A DNA stretch of 64,000 nucleotides from a virus, in the IMG/VR virus record IMGVR_UViG_3300035183_000460, positions 1 to 64,000 of that record. One strand, given 5' to 3'. Shown here piece by piece: positions 47,814-58,369 of this stretch (positions are counted from its first letter, which is position 1; every line of letters starts with the position of its first letter). A model generated the notes under the pieces. That model made no database searches. It had not been told where the DNA came from and saw only the letters and a list, made by a program, of their open reading frames with translations. The position numbers and the translations under genes were made by a program.

Positions 47814-48692
47814 GTGACCGAAAGACTAGATAAATGTACTATTTATGTGCTTACTAATGAAGTTAATGGTAAAATATATATTGGACAAAGTTGGTACCCA
47901 TTAAATATACGTATGGGTAAATATGGTGAAAATTATAAACATTCTATTTATTTGTATAATGCTATTAAAAAATATGGAGCTGATAAGTTTAAGTATGATA
48001 TCTTAGATGTTTGTTATGATCAAGATACAGCTGATTTTTTAGAAAATTTTTATATTGAAAAATATAATAGTAGGGATCATAATATTGGTTATAATATAAA
48101 AACAGGCGGTAATGCAGGATGTCATTCTGAAGAGACTAAGGCAAAGATATCTGCCACATTAAAATACAAAGCGTCTTTATGGACACAAGAAGAATTAGCT
48201 AGAAGATCGGAATGTATTGCTGGTTGGTGGGCAGGTAAAAAGAGGGGTCCACATACAGAAAAACGTAAAGAAGAAAATTCAACGAGAATGAAAGAGTGGC
48301 ATGCCAATCATGTTCATCCAATGTTGGGTAAACATCATTCAGAAGAAGCTAAACTTAATATAAGTAAGAAAAATACTGGCAGAAAATTTGATCCTGAAGT
48401 TATTAACAAAAGAAGATTAAAGCTAATGATGAATTTTCACAGAGAACAAAAGATTGTTAACGCTTACAAAAATGGTAAAACTATTTCTGATATAGAAGAA
48501 GAATTTAATACATGTAGATCTAGTATCTATAGAATTATTAAACGAAATAATATACCTTGTAATAGTAAGCGTAATACTTGGGCTGGTAGAAAGCACTCTG
48601 AAGAAACTAAAAAGAAAATGTCTATAGCTAGAAAAAACTATTGGAAATATAAAAAAGGAGATTTAAATCAATCACCAGCAGAACAAGCCTAA
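47814..48692 (+). CDS. Free-standing GIY-YIG homing endonuclease with NUMOD3 repeats and HTH
   Basis: TIYVLTNEVNGKIYIGQS, R, GYN, HSEETK repeats. Confidence 0.9.
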   Translation: MTERLDKCTIYVLTNEVNGKIYIGQSWYPLNIRMGKYGENYKHSIYLYNAIKKYGADKFKYDILDVCYDQDTADFLENFYIEKYNSRDHNIGYNIKTGGNAGCHSEETKAKISATLKYKASLWTQEELARRSECIAGWWAGKKRGPHTEKRKEENSTRMKEWHANHVHPMLGKHHSEEAKLNISKKNTGRKFDPEVINKRRLKLMMNFHREQKIVNAYKNGKTISDIEEEFNTCRSSIYRIIKRNNIPCNSKRNTWAGRKHSEETKKKMSIARKNYWKYKKGDLNQSPAEQA

Positions 48693-49035
48693 TAATTTGT
48701 AATTATCATCACTTACGATACTATTGGTTGATTTGTCTACTATAGTATAGATTAATATATAGATATATAAGTATAATTTTGAATATTATCTTAATTGTAT
48801 ATTAATTTGAGACATATATAAGTATATTTGTTGATCTTAAATAATAAATGAAGCAGTCAATATTTGTTATTGTTAATAAACAAATCGTAACAATTATAAG
48901 ATAAAGGTAGTATGTATAGTGCTAATTTACTGGTAATAAAATGGAATGTATGTATACTAAAATTATAAATAAAGTTAATATTATTATCAATATTACTTTA
49001 TCTAATATAGGGTATTTTCCATTTATGGAGATGTA

Positions 49036-49506
49036 ATGTCAAAATTTTCTGTTGATTATAAATCAGTTGAGGACAAATTATATAAAAAAGTTTATAGGTT
49101 ATCAGAAGTTAATGATAAAATAGAAAAGGTGGCTTTTGATATAGTTAGATTTCGTGATGATGATAATGCTAGTAAGCTCTGGCAAATTCATAGTGCTGAT
49201 GATGGCGATTATATAGTTGCATTATATGATACAGAAGAGGATGTCGTTAAAACTGCAAGCGAAAAATCTAAATGGTCTGTAAGTATTAATAAAATATCAA
49301 AGGATTTAAATGTTTATTATAATGGAGATCCTATTGTTAGGCTATCTTCAGATTCTTTAGGTATTCCAGAATCAGAAATTCATTTAACAGCGCGTTATTT
49401 GCCGTCTAGATTATCAGAAAATAAGAAGTTAGTACGTGCTTTATTAAATAATTTGGATGAATTAACTAAAAAAGATGTATTAAGTAAATACCCAGAGTTG
49501 TTTTAA
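49036..49506 (+). CDS. Hypothetical protein (virion module)
   Basis: 156 aa, GGAG SD, VVKTAS. Confidence 0.75.
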   Translation: MSKFSVDYKSVEDKLYKKVYRLSEVNDKIEKVAFDIVRFRDDDNASKLWQIHSADDGDYIVALYDTEEDVVKTASEKSKWSVSINKISKDLNVYYNGDPIVRLSSDSLGIPESEIHLTARYLPSRLSENKKLVRALLNNLDELTKKDVLSKYPELF

Positions 49507-49526
49507 GTTTTTGAAATAGGTGTGCA

Positions 49527-51143
49527 ATGGACATTGATAAAATCAATAAATTAACTGTTTCGCTGTCAAAGACAATCGAAGATAATCAAAAATTGGCTTT
49601 ACCTATTCTTTCAGCAAAGTTAAATAAATTAGCAAAATCATATCCCAACGATCAAACAATTTTAGCAATATCTAATATTGTTGATAAATTATCAGATAAA
49701 CAGTTTTTTATTACAAGAGCAGAATTAAAAAAGTTATACAATACACTTTATTCTAGAAATACAAAATTTGCAGAATTTTTTGTTGATGAATTAGGTAAAA
49801 TAGATAACGCACCTGCATCACCTACATTATATAAACGTGATTCTAGCTCTAATAATGAGCTAAATATATCTAAATTTGGAGATGCTGTTTTAGCATCTGC
49901 ATTAGAAAGTGTTTTTGATAAAACTATACCACTTAAAAATTATTCTAAAGATGCAGCTACAAAGGCAATAAAATCTGTTACATCTATTTTAGATTCTTGG
50001 AATTTAAAAGCCGCACATATTGATGTTGCGAATGGAAATGAAAAATTTTTAGTTGTTAGAGCAGAATATCATACACCTAAAGGTTCTACCAGCTTTTATA
50101 TACCAGTAGAGGTTAACAATAATGATATATCTGAACCAGATATATTCATGGGTAATACTGGACCTAAAACGTTAAATTATACAAATATTAAAGAATATTT
50201 AACGCAATTTGCTGGAGATAAGTTAAAGATCAAAGCTGATGAAATGTTAGATGTGTTAGTCTCTGTTGCATCTAGTAATAGAAAGATTTCGGATGCTGAA
50301 ATAGCACTTATTAAATTAAATGCTAATAAAAAATCTAGTTTGGGAGAATTTGGTAATCAAATAATTGGACAACGTGTAGAAGAAAAACCTGTCTCTGATA
50401 TTAAAACTGATAGATCTGAAGAATCATTCTGTTTTGAGAAAAAATTTAATTCTCCGTTTGGTATTGCATCTATTAATTTTGGACAAGATAAAGTTAAATT
50501 AGGCAGTGATTTGGTATCAAGACATTTGAAATCATTTGGTTACGATAATCATCGTATTACTGTAAATAGTTCTGACTCTAATACTATTTTTTATGGTGTA
50601 TCACTAGATTGTGGAAGAGTTGCATTTACCGTTCCGGTTAAAGTTGCCTCTAATAAGGTTTTTGAACCAACTGTATTATTGTGTGAAGGTTCAATTTCTC
50701 CATTTTCATCTAAAACAATTAATAAGTTATATATGGAAAATATTACTGATTCTAGGATTGCAGCAACCGCTTCTGCACAATATGGTCTAAAACCAAGTGA
50801 ACTTATTGATAATATAAGAAATGCTGTTAAAAATAATAATTTTGCTAGCGCAGAGGATTCTTTAAATGTGTTGAGAAATTATGGAGACGAAAAAGCTTAT
50901 GCTATTGGATTTAAAATTTATTCAAGTGCATTAGCTGGCAATATTCCATCTGGACCAGAAGAATCAGGATGTTCGCATACAATTAAATCTTCTAACAATC
51001 AGGTTCCAGTTTGTGTACATACTGGATTACCAATAAATAAAGTGTATCAAGATAAGTATGGAAATTGTCGTCCACTTTATCGTAAAGGTATGGATGAATC
51101 TTACGAAGGCGCTTACTTTATGAATCATAAGATTTTTGGATAA
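49527..51143 (+). CDS. Hypothetical protein (virion module) with internal domain duplication
   Basis: 538 aa; SFYIPVEV....EP and AFTVPVKV....EP. Confidence 0.75.
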   Translation: MDIDKINKLTVSLSKTIEDNQKLALPILSAKLNKLAKSYPNDQTILAISNIVDKLSDKQFFITRAELKKLYNTLYSRNTKFAEFFVDELGKIDNAPASPTLYKRDSSSNNELNISKFGDAVLASALESVFDKTIPLKNYSKDAATKAIKSVTSILDSWNLKAAHIDVANGNEKFLVVRAEYHTPKGSTSFYIPVEVNNNDISEPDIFMGNTGPKTLNYTNIKEYLTQFAGDKLKIKADEMLDVLVSVASSNRKISDAEIALIKLNANKKSSLGEFGNQIIGQRVEEKPVSDIKTDRSEESFCFEKKFNSPFGIASINFGQDKVKLGSDLVSRHLKSFGYDNHRITVNSSDSNTIFYGVSLDCGRVAFTVPVKVASNKVFEPTVLLCEGSISPFSSKTINKLYMENITDSRIAATASAQYGLKPSELIDNIRNAVKNNNFASAEDSLNVLRNYGDEKAYAIGFKIYSSALAGNIPSGPEESGCSHTIKSSNNQVPVCVHTGLPINKVYQDKYGNCRPLYRKGMDESYEGAYFMNHKIFG

Positions 51144-51146
51144 AAT

Positions 51147-51932
51147 ATGAAAACAGTTGTATTAGGAAGATTTTTTGAAAACAAATATTTTAGATCAAAC
51201 GCATCTTCTATAAGAGAAGTTATTTATGATATTAAAAAAGATCTAATTAATGCATATAAAAATTATGTATCTGGCAGCTCAGCAAAAGAACCTATATTAC
51301 AAATGTTAGCAGATGCTGGTGAGCCATTTAGTGTTTCATTTATTCATGAAATGGATAAAATGATTGCCAATATTGATACATTGGCAGAAACTCCATATTT
51401 ATTATTTAGACATTTAAATAAAATGTTGGAAATGATTACACAAGTTAAAGAGGATAATTCTGTAAGAGAATTTATACATAATGCAGTTCGTGTTACTAAA
51501 CAATCAGAAAAGAATTATAGAGAACATGTAAAATCTAAATTTGAGATGGTTTTAAGTAGGCTATCTTCTATATTAGAAAATAAAGCTAAAATTTTAAGAT
51601 CTTTTTTGTCAGAATCGGAGTCATTAAAGGGAGGTAGAACTTTACCAAAAAGAAAAGAATTAAGTCGTGATAAATTATTAATGTTTTCGTACACTCCTGC
51701 TGCAGAAAAATATGGACTAGATTCATTAGATGTTTTATCTAAATTATTAGAATATCCAGAAACTAAAGAAGCTTTGACAACTCTAATTAATGCTATAGAT
51801 AGAGGACACATTCCACGTGATGGAGCTAAAATTATGGAAGAAACGAAAGCTATTAGAGAAATGTTTGATACAATTAGTTCTAATAATGAAGATTTTTTGA
51901 AAAATCGTAATTTTACTATAAAAAACAACTAA
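51147..51932 (+). CDS. Hypothetical protein
   Basis: 261-aa ORF. Confidence 0.72.
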   Translation: MKTVVLGRFFENKYFRSNASSIREVIYDIKKDLINAYKNYVSGSSAKEPILQMLADAGEPFSVSFIHEMDKMIANIDTLAETPYLLFRHLNKMLEMITQVKEDNSVREFIHNAVRVTKQSEKNYREHVKSKFEMVLSRLSSILENKAKILRSFLSESESLKGGRTLPKRKELSRDKLLMFSYTPAAEKYGLDSLDVLSKLLEYPETKEALTTLINAIDRGHIPRDGAKIMEETKAIREMFDTISSNNEDFLKNRNFTIKNN

Positions 51933-52063
51933 ATAAATTATAACAAGATATTAAAGATGTTTTTAAAAATATATGAAGAGGTAAACAATAATATATTGTA
52001 ATATTTGTATGCAGTTAATTATATAAAATTATATAATATATAAGTATTACTAAAGAGGTATTT

Positions 52064-52777
52064 ATGAGGATTTCTGAAATGTTATATACAATTGCTTCTT
52101 GGTTAGAAAGTCCAAATAATGAAGCTATATTACTTTCTGAATATGATGATGATTGTTTAAAAATTGTTGCCTCTTCTTGTGTTGAAGCTGCAGCTTGCTT
52201 ACGTAAAGCAGCTTTAGAAGTAGATAATATAGAGCCAGTTGAATCAACTAATTTAACTCCTGAATCATTAGATAGATTGGCTGATATAGCTACTGCTTTT
52301 GATGAATCTGGAGATCCAGAATTACAGAAGCAAGCATCTGCAATTGATGAATTATTATTTACAATTGCTTCACCTCCTAACTTAATGGAAAATAAAAAAA
52401 GAGCAGAAGATAATCGTTTAGAAGAATTGAAAAAAAAATATCATGATTCAGTAGAAGAATTAAAAAAAATTAATGATATAAATGAGTCTGAAAAAAAAAT
52501 TAAAGAGAGCGGATTAACTAAAGATTATAATATTTTAGAAGCTCCTTTGAGTTCACGTTGTTGTCCAGATCATCCAGGCGTTCAAATGGCTAGGGTTGGT
52601 GATGATATGTGGCAATGTTCTTTAGATAAGAAGATATATAATTATAGTACAGGTTATACATTACAAAATGGATCAAAGGTTCCTGGTGGAAGTGTAGCAA
52701 ATCAAACACAAACTTTGCAAAATTATCATGCAATTTTTGATACTAGAGAATCTCGTTTAGGTGGATTTAAACCTTAA
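52064..52777 (+). CDS. Hypothetical protein with CPDH..C metal-binding motif
   Basis: 237 aa, GAGG SD. Confidence 0.72.
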   Translation: MRISEMLYTIASWLESPNNEAILLSEYDDDCLKIVASSCVEAAACLRKAALEVDNIEPVESTNLTPESLDRLADIATAFDESGDPELQKQASAIDELLFTIASPPNLMENKKRAEDNRLEELKKKYHDSVEELKKINDINESEKKIKESGLTKDYNILEAPLSSRCCPDHPGVQMARVGDDMWQCSLDKKIYNYSTGYTLQNGSKVPGGSVANQTQTLQNYHAIFDTRESRLGGFKP

Positions 52778-52806
52778 TTTTAAATGTTTAGTAAAAATGA
52801 ACCTTA

Positions 52807-53565
52807 ATGAACAAAACATCTTTAGAAAAAATATTACAACATCCAGATAAAGATGAAATTATTTCTAAACTTATTATCGGCATTTCGCCTAAAACTATTA
52901 CCGAATGGCTTAAAGGAAAGTATACAAATGTCGATGAGTCAAAATTTGTTATTTCAGAAAAAACAATAAAATCTTTTAAAGATAATTATTTAGATATTTA
53001 TAAAATATTAAAAGAAGATTTTGACAAAACTAAAAATGCATTAGCTACTAATGCAGAAGATCAGTTAATGCTTTCTGTTCAAAATAATCCAACTTATAAA
53101 AATAAAATGATTGAGTTGGCAAGCCAAGAAATAGATATTAAAAAAATGTTGGCTAATATGATTATTGCTATAGAAACAAGGGCTGCGCAAATATTTGATT
53201 CTATTCAAGAAGATCCAAGAAATATAAATTCTAGAAATGATAGAGTATTGCGAGAATGGTTTGATACTTTGGGAGCTAATTTAGAAAGATTTCATAAATT
53301 AGTAAATGGTGCACCTGATCAAATTATTCAACATAATATTACATTACAAGCAGTAGATCAGCATATTTCTGTATTTCATGATGTTATTAGAGACGTTTTA
53401 TCTAAAATGGATTTAGAAAGTTCAATGTATTTTATGGAATTATTTAATGAAAGAATGTCTAAACTCAAGCAACCTGATACAAATAACATGTCTACTGAAG
53501 AACGATTAGTTGAAGCAAAAATATTAAATGAAACAATTACTAAAAAAATAAATGAAACAGGATAA
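52807..53565 (+). CDS. Hypothetical HTH plus coiled-coil protein, candidate small terminase
   Basis: N-terminal HPDKDEIISKLIIGISPKTITEWL HTH-like region; upstream of terL. Confidence 0.4.
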   Translation: MNKTSLEKILQHPDKDEIISKLIIGISPKTITEWLKGKYTNVDESKFVISEKTIKSFKDNYLDIYKILKEDFDKTKNALATNAEDQLMLSVQNNPTYKNKMIELASQEIDIKKMLANMIIAIETRAAQIFDSIQEDPRNINSRNDRVLREWFDTLGANLERFHKLVNGAPDQIIQHNITLQAVDQHISVFHDVIRDVLSKMDLESSMYFMELFNERMSKLKQPDTNNMSTEERLVEAKILNETITKKINETG

Positions 53566-55282
53566 TAAATATTTATTAGATCAACAATATGAAATTGATT
53601 TTAATGACCCTTATGTCCAAAAACGGCTTAAGAGTATTAAAAAATTTTTTGATCAATATGATATTGATGTTGATGAAAAATTCGAGATTCCTAACTTAGA
53701 ACTAAAATCTAAGGCATATCCAAATTTTGAAAGTTATTTTCCCGTTTCATCTCCTAGAAATTTACAAAAATGGTTAAAAGCGATACAAGATATCTATAAT
53801 CTAGAAAATTCTGGGATTGGTAGAAATCAAGCATTATTTCGCATAATTGGTAGGTGGGATGATATGGAAAAATTAGATTTTATGCACTGGCTTAGATTTT
53901 ATGAAGAAGGTAATCATTTAAAATATAAAACTGCATCTAATTGGTATGAAGGTATTGCGCCAGGCTATATTTTGCCACTTGGAAATTCTAATACAGTAAC
54001 AGATTATCACAAATCACAAGATTCAGAAAACAGTGAATCTCTAGATAAGAGACAAATAATAGAGAAGCAACGTTCCAAAATTATTGGAAGGTTAGACTCT
54101 ACTGAAAAATTACTTAGATCACAAGAAGGACAATTATTTGCAGGTAAAGAATTTGAAACATTATTAGAGATAATTTATCAATTGAAAAAGAAAATTCAAA
54201 TGATAAATAAAAAAAGTGCTTCTACAAAGCTATATGAAGATATAATTATTAGAGAAGCTAATGTTTTGAAACGTGATGGCTTTGTTAAAGCTGCTGATTT
54301 TCTTTATACTATTGCACAAATGCCATCAGATATTAGCACAATTCCTGCTCCGATGCCTCCAGCATCGCCTACTGATGTATCTGGTTCACCAACTACTGTT
54401 CCTGCAGCCGCTATTGGTAATACACCACCGGATAATAATCCGCCTGATATTTTTAATAAAAAAGATGAACAAATTAATGAAGGAATTAGTGAATTTTTAA
54501 GTGGACTTAAAGGTGGAAATATATCTGGTGAGATTGATAAAGCTGATGATGCGCTAGAAATAAATGATTCAAATGATGAACTAGAAATAAATGATTCAAC
54601 TGATGAATTAGTTGTTGAAGCTCAAGTGGTCTCTAAAGATCAAGCAACTGTTTCATCGCCATCTGCTACAACACAACCAGTAAAAGCAGATGAAAAGACT
54701 AATATTAAATTAGAAGATAAGAGTAAAACTTTTGATAATTTAATTGATGCAGCATTTGCTAACATTAAAGTAGATGATGTAATTAATAAATTAGATGAGT
54801 TGTCTAAAATATTTAAGATTAGAGAGGTTCCTCGTCAACTGGCAATAGTAGATATGATGTTAGATACTTTAGGTCTATCGTCATTTTTCCCATCTTTAGC
54901 AGAGGCAACGAATAAATCATTAGAATCAAATCAATATATTCTTACACGTATAGAAGACGTTTTATCAAAATTGCGTGGAAGCCTTGAATCAATTCATAAA
55001 ATTGATATTTCTCCTGAAGATACAGAAAGATCTGATGTGAAAGAATTAAAGAAACAGTTACAGCAAAACATAGATAAAGAAAAAGCAAGAAAACAAATTA
55101 GAAAAGAGCTAGAAGATCAAGCTATTGAACAACAAGTTAAAGAAACGCCAGAAGTAAAAATTGAAGAGGATTTAGCAGCACCAACTACAATTTCTACACC
55201 AGAAGCAGTTCCAACTTCTAAACCAGCAACTTCTGTTCAAACACCTTCTCAAACAACACCTTCTAAAACACAAACTAAATAA
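53552..55282 (+). CDS. Hypothetical protein (virion module) with Pro-rich and acidic linkers
   Basis: 576 aa; KTAS, TIAQ, VEAQ; LEINDSNDE tandem duplication. Confidence 0.75.
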   Translation: MKQDNKYLLDQQYEIDFNDPYVQKRLKSIKKFFDQYDIDVDEKFEIPNLELKSKAYPNFESYFPVSSPRNLQKWLKAIQDIYNLENSGIGRNQALFRIIGRWDDMEKLDFMHWLRFYEEGNHLKYKTASNWYEGIAPGYILPLGNSNTVTDYHKSQDSENSESLDKRQIIEKQRSKIIGRLDSTEKLLRSQEGQLFAGKEFETLLEIIYQLKKKIQMINKKSASTKLYEDIIIREANVLKRDGFVKAADFLYTIAQMPSDISTIPAPMPPASPTDVSGSPTTVPAAAIGNTPPDNNPPDIFNKKDEQINEGISEFLSGLKGGNISGEIDKADDALEINDSNDELEINDSTDELVVEAQVVSKDQATVSSPSATTQPVKADEKTNIKLEDKSKTFDNLIDAAFANIKVDDVINKLDELSKIFKIREVPRQLAIVDMMLDTLGLSSFFPSLAEATNKSLESNQYILTRIEDVLSKLRGSLESIHKIDISPEDTERSDVKELKKQLQQNIDKEKARKQIRKELEDQAIEQQVKETPEVKIEEDLAAPTTISTPEAVPTSKPATSVQTPSQTTPSKTQTK

Positions 55283-55423
55283 TACATAAGTATGAATAAA
55301 ATATAATATGTTTATGATTTTAAAGTAGTGTTTTTGTGTTAATTGTAGTTAATAAATATAAGAATAAACAATATTTTGTAAAATAAAATTAATTAAACAG
55401 TAAGTATATGATGGACATATTAA

Positions 55424-56182
55424 ATGAGATTAAAAGATTTATTAAATATAATGCAAAATATTGCAAAAGAAAAATTAATATCATCACCAATGATATGTGG
55501 TGGAACTCCAAGAGATAAATTATTAGGTCGTTTAGATATAGTTTCTGATTTGGATATTACAACTGGCGATAAAACTGTTAGTTATTTAGCAAAAGAATTA
55601 TCTATAATTTTATCAAAAAAATATAATATTATAACTAAAACAATGGATGATGGACATTCATCTATTTTTATAGGAAATCTAAAACTTGATTTTTCTTCTA
55701 ATTTTAATATTCCAAATATAGATAAAATATTGTATAATATAGGAATTAAAGATCCAACAAGTATGCAGAAAGAATTATATAGTAGAGATTTTACATGTAA
55801 CGCATTATTAATGTCTTTAGATTTAAAGAATATTTATGATATACTTGGTCGTGGAATAGATGATATTAAAAATAAAAAAATATCTACATGTTTGGATCCT
55901 TCTATTACCCTTACAGTTAATAAAAATAGAGTTATAAGATCTATTTATCTATCAGCAAAGTTAGATTTTGATATTGATTTAAATATTGTTAATTGGGTTT
56001 CTAAAAATCCAGAATCTATAAGATTTGCTTCGGAAAAATCTATGTCAGAAAAATTAAATAAGGCTATGGAATATAATCCAGAAAGAACATTATATTGGTT
56101 AAATAAAATGAATGTGTGGAATTATATTCCTATTACTGAATCTTTATACCCATATTATATTAAACATGTTAAAGGTAAATAA
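55424..56182 (+). CDS. Class II (CCA/poly(A)-polymerase family) nucleotidyltransferase, atypical
   Basis: GGTPRD.LLG....[24 protein letters not shown]. Confidence 0.85.
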   Translation: MRLKDLLNIMQNIAKEKLISSPMICGGTPRDKLLGRLDIVSDLDITTGDKTVSYLAKELSIILSKKYNIITKTMDDGHSSIFIGNLKLDFSSNFNIPNIDKILYNIGIKDPTSMQKELYSRDFTCNALLMSLDLKNIYDILGRGIDDIKNKKISTCLDPSITLTVNKNRVIRSIYLSAKLDFDIDLNIVNWVSKNPESIRFASEKSMSEKLNKAMEYNPERTLYWLNKMNVWNYIPITESLYPYYIKHVKGK

Positions 56183-56694
56183 TGTCAAACGGTAATGATT
56201 TAGGTCATATAAATTCTAGAAAATTATTCTTTAAGAATTATGATTTATATGATACTGATGGAACTGATAATTCTGACAAGAATGGTCCAGGTACTGGATT
56301 GTATCAAAATATGATTAAATATAAAAGTGTTTATGATTTTTTAAAACAAAAAAGAAAAAAAAGAATGAAAAATAGAAAAAATGCATTATTAAAGTTTTTG
56401 TGTGCATCGTATGATATCAATAGTATTGATTTTCCTTTGGATGAAAGTTCTAATACAATTATGTATGACAATACAGAATTATCAAATATTGGTTTACTTG
56501 ATGGTATTAATCCAGAACAAATTGATGATGAATGGCATACTGTTGGAAAGTTATATTATGGTACTAAAGATTCTCCTACTACAATTTTATATAATCCTTT
56601 AGGAATTCAAGATGGTAATAAAAGAGCCATTGATGAAGAGCCAGAAGAAATTAAGAATATTTATTATGGCATAAATAGAATGGGGCACCCCTAA
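56182..56694 (+). CDS. Hypothetical protein
   Basis: 170-aa ORF coupled to the nucleotidyltransferase. Confidence 0.7.
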   Translation: MSNGNDLGHINSRKLFFKNYDLYDTDGTDNSDKNGPGTGLYQNMIKYKSVYDFLKQKRKKRMKNRKNALLKFLCASYDINSIDFPLDESSNTIMYDNTELSNIGLLDGINPEQIDDEWHTVGKLYYGTKDSPTTILYNPLGIQDGNKRAIDEEPEEIKNIYYGINRMGHP

Positions 56695-56750
56695 TATTTT
56701 ATCATTATTAATGTATATATATAATAAAATGGTATAATTTTGAGGTATTT

Positions 56751-57731
56751 ATGTCTTTGCAAACAACAGCACAAGAGCTAGAAGTAGTAGAAGAGACGCC
56801 ATCTGAATATGTAGTTTTACAGCCTGTATCTACTCAAATACAACCATCTATGATAACTGTACATACAACGGCTGAACCAACAACGTCTAAACCAACAATA
56901 TCTGAAGAATATGTTGAAAGTGTAAAGCCTGTTGAGTGTTTAGAACTTGTTGAATGTGTAGAACCTACAGATGAAATTGTTGTTGAAGATTTGGGAGAAA
57001 TACCTGGATTAAATGGTAAATTGGATCCGGTTAAAGAAAAAGTTCTTGAAGTATCAGAATCTGATTCTAATGAAGAAGATAAGTTAGATGTTAATGATAA
57101 TACCAAATCTAAAAAAGATGATCGTTGGGATTGGGAGTCTAAAGGTCCAGTAGGATTTGTAGCTTGGGTATATGATAGATTTGCATCTGTACCAAAACAT
57201 TCTGGATATGATTCTGCTGGAATAGAACGAGCAATTGCATTTTTAGAAAAATTAGATAATGAAATTTCTAGGGCTATGCGATTGGACCTAGATGGTGAAT
57301 TAGATTTTAATCAAATAGAAGATATTCGTTCCAAAATAGAAGATGGAATTGAAAGACTATATAATAGATTAGATAAAATTAAAAGCAAATCAAAAAAGAA
57401 ACGTAAAAAAGCTGATGAATCGTATGAGCTAATCAAAGAAGCTCAAAAAATTCCTGGTGTTTCTGGAATATATGTAACTGTTCCTTTATTAATTTCTAGA
57501 ATTGCTAGAGTTTGTATAAATGGTATGGTATCTGCAGGGCATGATATTGAAGATCTGTTTAATCGACAAGTTAAAAAATATAAACTTAATGATCGTGAAA
57601 AAGCAGAAACAATGCAATTATTATCAGATATGGGGTATCCATTAAGACAAGATCGTGGATTTTTGTTAGATGAAGATGTAGATACTCGTTCTTCTGATAA
57701 TTTTGATTGGAATGCAAACTATAAGGGATAA
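56751..57731 (+). CDS. Hypothetical protein (virion module)
   Basis: 326 aa, GAGG SD; TTAQ, KKAD, KEAQ. Confidence 0.75.
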   Translation: MSLQTTAQELEVVEETPSEYVVLQPVSTQIQPSMITVHTTAEPTTSKPTISEEYVESVKPVECLELVECVEPTDEIVVEDLGEIPGLNGKLDPVKEKVLEVSESDSNEEDKLDVNDNTKSKKDDRWDWESKGPVGFVAWVYDRFASVPKHSGYDSAGIERAIAFLEKLDNEISRAMRLDLDGELDFNQIEDIRSKIEDGIERLYNRLDKIKSKSKKKRKKADESYELIKEAQKIPGVSGIYVTVPLLISRIARVCINGMVSAGHDIEDLFNRQVKKYKLNDREKAETMQLLSDMGYPLRQDRGFLLDEDVDTRSSDNFDWNANYKG

Positions 57732-57732
57732 T

Positions 57733-58341
57733 ATGTCAAGAAATAGATATCAAAATATAATTTCTAGAGAATCTGATGCTTCAATTGTTGATGACTATTG
57801 GTTTAAACAATATCAAAAAATGTTAGATAAAAATGCCGTACAACCATTATCTAAGACAAAATCTATTTATGATCAAATATCTGCAATCATAAATAAAAAA
57901 TCTAAATTTCCTTCAGTAGAAGCTGCAGTTAAAGATATGCAAGAACGAAGTGGAATTATTGCTTATTGGGAAAAATTATCTAAAAAATCAAATGTTAATT
58001 TAAAAAAAGCTGATGTAGAGACTACAGAACCTGAAATATTAAAAAAATTTCCTAATATTAAAAAAACTTTAGAAAATTATATTCGTGATACTAAAGGTAA
58101 TTTAGATTTGCCTGCTATAATAGAGAAAGTTAAAACCATACATAAACTTGATGGTCCACAATCCAAAGATTGGGAAGATGAGAATTTCATTAGGTTTGTA
58201 TATAAAATGAATTTTGATGAGAAATCAAAATATGATCAAAATTCTTCTGATTTTGCAAATTTAGGAAAATTAGATCGCGATAATGATATTGATCCTGCAA
58301 ATACTGATGCATTTTTTGGATTGATGCCATATAAAATATAA
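57733..58341 (+). CDS. Hypothetical protein (virion module)
   Basis: ATG 57733 coupled to the upstream stop; LKKAD. Confidence 0.72.
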   Translation: MSRNRYQNIISRESDASIVDDYWFKQYQKMLDKNAVQPLSKTKSIYDQISAIINKKSKFPSVEAAVKDMQERSGIIAYWEKLSKKSNVNLKKADVETTEPEILKKFPNIKKTLENYIRDTKGNLDLPAIIEKVKTIHKLDGPQSKDWEDENFIRFVYKMNFDEKSKYDQNSSDFANLGKLDRDNDIDPANTDAFFGLMPYKI

Positions 58342-58369
58342 TATATGTCAATATATTGTAATAGTTTAT

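Noticed and set aside
47777-49035. Group I intron around the GIY-YIG gene (GAAAGACTAG resembles the P7 5' strand)
   Set aside because: No matching TAGTC strand downstream and no interrupted gene on the flanks
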